Of a DNA stretch of 42,231 nucleotides, positions 35,739 to 42,231 are shown piece after piece. The DNA is taken from assembly GCA_032718475.1 (NCBI GenBank), contig JAUCBJ010000124.1, positions 1 to 42,231 on the forward strand, read 5' to 3'. Numbering within the stretch: position 1 is the first letter of the stretch; each line of letters begins with the position of its first letter. The stretch comes from Nemertoderma westbladi (taxonomy: Eukaryota > Animalia > Xenacoelomorpha). The notes beneath the pieces were generated by a model. That model searched no databases. It saw only the letters and a program-made list of their open reading frames with translations, and was not told the DNA's origin. Position numbers and translations under genes: made by a program.

Positions 35739-37192
35739 TTTATTTATTTTTATTTAAGACACTCAGTTTAATTTTAAAGAATAAAATATAAACAAGGGGA
35801 ACACCACTTAGGTACAAATACCTAATTAGAAGTTATAATTAGATATATAAAATTACACTTACAGGTGGATAAAATACACATTTAGGTAGAAGGGCAAAGG
35901 CAACAGATACAGGGATAAACGCAAAAATACAAACAACAACAATAAAACTACAAGAATGACGAACGAAATAAAACCAAGTAAACAGAGATTATATCATCAA
36001 GTAAAAAAACAGAATTTGTTTCGAAAGCCATTGATCCTTTTTAAAAAATGACAAAAATATTAAAAACTATTTGTTAGATTAAATATAATAATATATATAA
36101 TAATAGATATATGTGGTTAATTTAAAAATCTGTTAAAATATTGTTATAATGTTATAATATTGGTACTTAAAGTGAAAAAGTCATTAAAATTTAGATCAAA
36201 ATCATTATTAAAAATACCATTTTTAAATCATAAATATGCCTACGTACTTCTAGAGGTTGTAGCTTAAGAAAATTCATTCACTCCATGTAACTACGGCTGC
36301 CGACGTGCCGAGGTTACAGTGCTTAAAAAGACGCCGGGTGAAGTAACGCTGAACCCGTTCGATTAAATCAATACTACCTAACGTAAATGGAGAGCAAACG
36401 GCAGTACAATATTCTAGTAATGGTCTGGCATATGACATATACGCTGAATAAATGGCTTTCAGGTTACCGGTATAAAAACACTTAAATAAAATATTCACTA
36501 CTCTATCTATACGCCTTCTTTACTTGTCCGCGGTAGTGAAGATCAAATTTCAAATCGTGATTCACAGTTAGGCCTACACCAAGATCTCTACAAAAGTCAT
36601 CATTTTTTATAAGGTTACCATTAAGAAAGTATTGCACAGGTGACAGTTGTAGATAAATGAAATACTGAACATTTGTGTGCAGCCATCTTGACCTGCCACT
36701 CATTTGCCCAAGTCTCTAGTGATTTGAGAGCTTCTGCCAATGAATGGATGTCTGGTGACAGGGTGATTTGCTGTACAACTTTAGATCGTCAGCGAATAAC
36801 TTACAACAGGTGCCTGGTGCCGGTACCTATAATATCAGGTAAATCATTAACATAGAGTAAAAATAATAATGGCCCTAAAACGCTTCCTTGAATTGTACCT
36901 GATATAACTTTGCTTACGACAGAAATAGTATTACCAACCAAGACTTGTTGGGTAGGGCCTACTGGGGTACGATTACGTAGAAAAGCACCAATCCACAATA
37001 ACAAGTGACCCGAGATACCGTAGCTAGCAAGTTTAGCCAAAAGTTTACAGTGAACGACAGAATCAAACGCCTTGGCGAAATCTATATATATAATGTCTAT
37101 AGAGCTGCGACTGTCAAGCAGCTTAAACCATTTATTATTATTATTAGTACTGTCAAGCAATTGAGTACAAGTACTGCGACCCGATATTAGGC
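35739..37192 (-). mobile_element. Degenerate 5'-truncated CR1-clade LINE (RT and 3' UTR)
   Basis: Motifs YIDFAKAFDSV, QGSVLGPLLFLLYVNDLP, YADDLKL, RDLGV, RPLLEYC and IERVQRYFTRR; (AAAT)-rich tail near 35739-35757. Confidence 0.92.
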
Positions 37193-37383
37193 CTATGCAA
37201 CCTTAAGTACAATAATACATCATTTTTGATACATAACTCTATTATTTTACATGTTACACATGTAAGCGAAATGGGGCAGTAGTTATAGGGATTAGTGTGG
37301 CTACCCTTCTTAAAGAGGGGGATAATGTTAGCAGTGAGCCATAAATCAGTATAGAGGGTAAAGCGTGAGATTCAAATGTTACT

Positions 37384-37625
37384 TTAACCCTCCCCCGGTA
37401 ACGTGGGGTAAAATAATACCCCAAGGGGATTACTTTTGATATTTTTCGACAATCTCTCATATTATGTATGTCCAACTTCATAGTATCTTCCAAAAAACTT
37501 GTAATCTAACGATTGTGTGGGTCAAACCCATAAAATTTTGTTTATGAAAAATGTTATGGGCCCTTAATTTGAAAACAACTTAGTTAGGTAAGATGGGGTA
37601 TAAAAATACCCCATAACGTTATGGT
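37384..37625 (+). mobile_element. piggyBac-like left end fragment
   Basis: TTAA|CCCT start followed by the GGGGTA..TACCCC palindrome, which recurs at ~37595. No right end was found. Confidence 0.45.
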
Positions 37626-37847
37626 GCTCGTTTAGTGGTGCTTTGTGACTCATTTTGGTTTCATTGGAACCACAATGCTGCAATGGTCGATTTAGTTGTA
37701 CTAGACAGCTAGAGGCATGTTTTAACTTTGTCTTTTAAGACCAAATTATCAGTATTACGAAGCTACTGTATTGTCTGATTGTGTATGGCCTGTATTTCAC
37801 AAGCCAAGACTTCGGCCTAATCGCGATGCGATAGATTGCTAAGTATG

Positions 37848-38683
37848 TAGGGTTCAACAGAAGGCACTTTATGGGGCCGAACCGAACCGAACCGAAGCAG
37901 GGCCAACTTCGGGCCGAACCGAACCGAAGTTCAGGAAGTTAGCAAGTTATGGTCATAAATTCGTATTTACATCACTATACTGGCTGACTGGCAGTTGCAG
38001 ACTGGTACCTATTTGGTCTGCGGACTTAGCGAGAAAGCTATGATTAATTAAAAAAATAAATACTACAAAATAAAATGGCAATATTTACATTACTGTACAT
38101 TACTAACCTAAACTACTGTATACTTACTGTATGCATGCACTTCAGCACTTACTGTATGCACCACATTTTCACCTGTAGTAAGCCGTACAGTAGTGACATC
38201 AAATTTAAAAAACCTCACTAAAAGTACAGGCAGACAGGTAGTCTTTGTAATACTATTTATATGAGGTAGTAGGTATATTTGGTATTATGTATCAAAGTTA
38301 TGATTAATTAAAAAATAGGGTACTACAAAGTGGTGCAGACAGTGGTGCAGACAGTGGTGCAGACACTGGTGCAGACAGTGGTGCAGACACCTGGTGAAAA
38401 TACTGAAATACCAGAGTACCACAAAACACAATACCACCAGGCACTATTATATTATATTTTATCATAGACTTTCTGACTTTATTATCTACAAATACTGAAA
38501 TATGCGAGTAACTACTGAAAAGTTCTACATGAAGTAGGGAGGACGTATATAGTACAATTCGAGGTGCGTGCGGGTGAATGTGCGCTGATTACAAATAATT
38601 ATAAGTGGTGTGTACGAAAGTAATTAATCGGTATTCCCGTTTTCATATAAACAATAATGTCTATAAATTGTAAGCAGCAATGT
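37848..38683 (+). mobile_element. hAT-like element left portion, copy 1 (short 12-bp array)
   Basis: TAGGGTTCAAC start, (CCGAA)n subterminal repeats and ~5 GTGGTGCAGACA units. Direct repeat of 40696-41796. Confidence 0.7.
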
Positions 38684-38781
38684 GCCCTGTTCAAAACTCT
38701 TATTTTTTGATATACTTTCGATTAAAAAAAAAAAATTCCGCCCGATCCAATTACCCAAGGCCCTGGAACAATTGGCTGATT

Positions 38782-38872
38782 TGAAGTCCAATATTGGACT
38801 CACAGAAGTCCAATTTTGGACTTGAACTGGAGTCGAAGTCCAATTTTGGACTCAAGTCCAATTTTTGACTTC
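38782..38872. repeat. Four tandem palindromes AGTCCAATWTTGGACT
   Basis: Direct reading; probably a subterminal array of another element starting near 38685. Confidence 0.7.
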
Positions 38873-39615
38873 TCACCAACTGACTGGAAAAGCCAAGATC
38901 TAAGCACCCGTCAGCCCGTGTCAGGCAGTGCAGTACAGCAGTACCTGAGTGCTGGGCAGGCTTAGGCTACTGGCACTCTACTGCTACTGCAGTAGGCCCT
39001 ACAGGCTACAGCCCTACTGTCTGACTGCTGGACTGTGCAGCAGTCATTTTGTAATACCGGCTGACCGGTACTGCTATAATGAATAATGTACCGATCTGCT
39101 GATGTAGGGCCTAACATTTGAACAATGCAAATTGTTTAGCCTCAACGAATTACAGAATTATAAGCAAGGAAATGGTCAAAATGTTTCACTTTGCACTTTA
39201 AGTCATTTACTGATTTAGCATTTGCATTTAGGGGTGCGAGTCTTCATTTAGCAGTATCAGCGTCTAGCTAGATGGTGTACTGGTGTAGCCGAGCCGCGAA
39301 CAAGAGCCGCGAACAACAGAACAATGGAACTGAATACTGGAATAGATCTACCAAACTCTCCACGCAGCCATGTTTGTTTTAAAAGTATCTGTCAGTCTCT
39401 GTTAGGCGCTGTCAGTCTGTCAGTCTGTATATTATATAAACACAAACCAGCAAACCAGTAAACTGGCCTGCTAAATCTAAGACTAGCCTACCTACCATGT
39501 ACCAGCCTACTAAGAATTGAGATAAGATAATATTAACGGGTCCGTCTAAAAGCCACATCGGACCCAATCGGTACCACATCGGACCAAATCGGACCACATC
39601 GGGGCCACATCGGAC

Positions 39616-40517
39616 CCAGGTTGGAATTCATGCTGCAAAACTCGGACGCGTACCTGCGCGAATGACCGCAAACCAGATGCGCGTTGCGCGTTTGGGTGAG
39701 ACAGGTGCGCGTTCGGGTGAGACAGGTGCGCGTTGCGCCTCAGCGCGCAGCTCTGCCTGTGATGCGCACCACAAATTAATTAAAATCACGAAAATACACA
39801 AAACAATTTCGCTCGCTTCGCTCGCATTTGTTTCTCATTTCCAATTCTTCAAACAGTCAAATCACTTCACCATAATACTGTAATACAGGCAACCGGAGCT
39901 GACAGGCTGAATTTGTCTATTTATTTTAACTACAGTACTCTATTGTTGTATTGTTATTAGGTCTATGCTATGCCGATGTTACGTTAGTAAACAGGTAAAG
40001 TCAGAAAGTAGCAATGTATTATAAGTATGACTTAATTATAAGCCAACTGTATGTTTAAGCCTAATTGTTAGGTAGGCCTATACAAAGTATTACTGGCAGA
40101 CTGGTACCTATTTCAATATTCTTTTTTTGAAATTACATGTTTTGTTTGTAATCTAAAATAATATTTTCTGTTATAAAAGCAGTGAGCCCGATGGGCCACC
40201 ATAGTAGTGGATTAAAAAATTATTTTTTAATATTAACAATTTTGATGTTGCAAAAATTACATTTATTACTGTATTATGTAAGCCTAGATTCAACGTACAG
40301 ACAGACATACGTAAAGATAAGCTTACAACGCTCAAACTTGTAAAATAGGAATGTAAAATTGTTCTTAGGAACTGTGCGATTTTTTGAGATATGCATGACA
40401 TGAGCTGCGCGATTTTGTTTGGATTATGATGAGGTGCGCGACGAGCCAATTTCAGGCGCGCGGTGATTTCAAAACAACAAAGCGTACCTGCGCGCTCATG
40501 CATGAATTCCAACCTGG
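39616..40517. mobile_element. Non-autonomous DNA transposon with perfect 18-bp TIRs and 8-bp TSD, nested in a CCACATCGG array
   Basis: CCAGGTTGGAATTCATGC...GCATGAATTCCAACCTGG; TSD CATCGGAC at 39608-39615 and 40518-40525. Confidence 0.9.
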
Positions 40518-40695
40518 CATCGGACCACATCGGGGCCACATCGGAGCCACATCGGCCACAAAATAGCAATTTAGGATGTAAATAACAAGTTCCAGCACCA
40601 ACCAGCCAACTGACCAAACTCGTATCAGTAATTCAGTAATTGTTAGTCTTTCTGACAACAGGTCAGGCTGATAACCGGTACTGCACTGCAGTAAG

Positions 40696-42231
40696 TAGGG
40701 TTCAACAGAAGGCACTTTATGGGGCCGAACCGAACCGAAGCAGGGCCAACTTCGGGCCGAACCGAAGTTCAGAAAGTTAGCAAGTTATGGTCATAAATTC
40801 GTATTTACGTCACTATACTGGCTGACTGGCAGTGGCAGACTGGTACCTATTTGGTCTGCGGACTTAGCGAGAAAGCTATGATTAATTAAAAAAATAAATA
40901 CTACAAAATAAAATGGCAATATTTACATTACTGTACATTACTAACCTAAACTACTGTATACTTACTGTATGCATGCACTTACTGTATGCACCAAATTTCA
41001 CCCGTAGTAAGCCGTACAGTATAGTGACATCAAATTTAGAAAACCTCACTAAAAGTACAGGTACCGGTAGTCTTTGTAATACTATTTATATGAGGTAGTA
41101 GGTATATTTAGTAGGCTAAATTTTGAAACTACCCAAGTAACCTGGAAACAATTAAAAATAATAATGAATTTAAATGCTGGAAGTTCAGTCCAAAATTAAG
41201 GGTGTAAACGTTAAGCAGACAGTGGTGCAGACACCTGGTGCGGCCAGTGGTGCAGACACTGACTGGTGCAGACAGTGGTGCAGACAGTGGTGCAGACAGT
41301 GGTGCAGACACTGGTGCAGACAGTGGTGCAGACACTGGTGCAGACAGTGGTGCAGACACTGGTGCAGACACTGGTGGAGACAGTGGTGCAGACACCTGGT
41401 GCAGACCGTGGTGCAGACAGTGGTGCAGACAGTGGAACAGACAGTGGTGCAGACACTGGTGCAGACAGTGATGCAGACACTGATGCAGACACTGGTGCAG
41501 ACAGTGGTGCAGACACTGACACAGACAAAATACTAAATACCAGAGTACCACAAAACACAATAGGGACAATACCACCAGGCACTATTATATTATATTTTAT
41601 CATAGCCTTTATTATCTACAAATATGCGAGTAAACTACTGAAAGTAGTACAAGTCAAATGTAGTACAAGTCGGGGGGTGCGTGCGGGTGAATGTGCCCTG
41701 ATTACAAATAATTATAAGAGGTGTGTACGAAAGTAATTAATCGGTATTCCCGTTTTCATATAAACAATAATGTCTATAAATTGTAAGCAGCAATGTCTCC
41801 AAGGAATGAGGTTTAAGCGACAGTGTTTGATTGTTTTTACATGAACTACTTTATACAGATTATGTTTAATTTGTTTACCTTTACTGGAGCCACTGCTTAT
41901 TACTATAATAAAACGAGCTCATTAAGTTATTGTCTCATGCTGGGGATATACATTCACTAACTAACTACAGTAAGGTCTAAGGCCTGTGAGTATTCTTTGC
42001 CCTTGGGTATTCTTAGCCCGCAAAACAATAACGTTTATTGTTTTGGTTCCCCCAATACTCCTCTGAAACCTGCTCCTTTACTAAACTGCTCCTTTACTAA
42101 CCTGCTCGCCCCTTTACTGTCTGCACCACTGTCTGCACCAGTGTCTGCACCAGTGTCTGCACCACTGTCTGAACCAGTGTCTGCATTACTGTCTGCACCA
42201 CTGTCTGCACCAGGTGTCTGCACCACTGTCT
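40696..42231 (+). mobile_element. hAT-like element, copy 2, with an expanded 12-bp array and an inverted array running off the window
   Basis: Same start as 37848. About 25 (GTGGTGCAGACA) units at 41214-41526 and reverse-complement units from ~42114 to the end. Confidence 0.7.

Noticed and set aside
41091-41135. 13-nt match to the let-7 5' end (TGAGGTAGTAGGT), also at 38262
   Set aside because: The 3' half diverges, the possible hairpin has a tiny loop and a large internal mismatch, the putative star arm is missing in the other copy, and both lie in a transposon.
41129-42226. Several repetitive ORFs (GADS, VVQT, WCRQ, CLHH)
   Set aside because: Translations of a 12-bp minisatellite in all frames; no domain or gene structure.

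Overview
AT-rich, repeat-dense animal (most likely invertebrate) genomic DNA; it is not prokaryotic. Three host genes are supported. (1) An LPP/zyxin-family triple-LIM gene whose whole CDS is one exon (4045-6672, +). (2) A three-exon TCF23/TCF24-like bHLH gene that I assembled by hand (21223-16334, -; 210 aa), whose DNA-binding basic region is repeated four times in frame. (3) A single-exon calmodulin-lysine N-methyltransferase gene (33664-32720, -), whose stop codon runs directly into a ~1.6 kb, 22-bp minisatellite. The rest is non-autonomous DNA transposons (MITE and foldback types with TA, TAG, TTAA, 8-bp and 9-bp target-site duplications), RTE and CR1 LINE relics, a probable solo LTR and minisatellites. 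The strongest unannotated signal is a pervasive set of TA-flanked micro-insertions (TACAGTA/TACTGTA, TACCGGTA, TAGGCCTA). Comparing repeat copies within the window shows several are real 5-6 nt insertions at TA sites, matching DNA-transposon excision footprints. At least one has added two residues in frame to the LIM protein. All coordinates and counts were read by eye; novelty could not be checked against databases.
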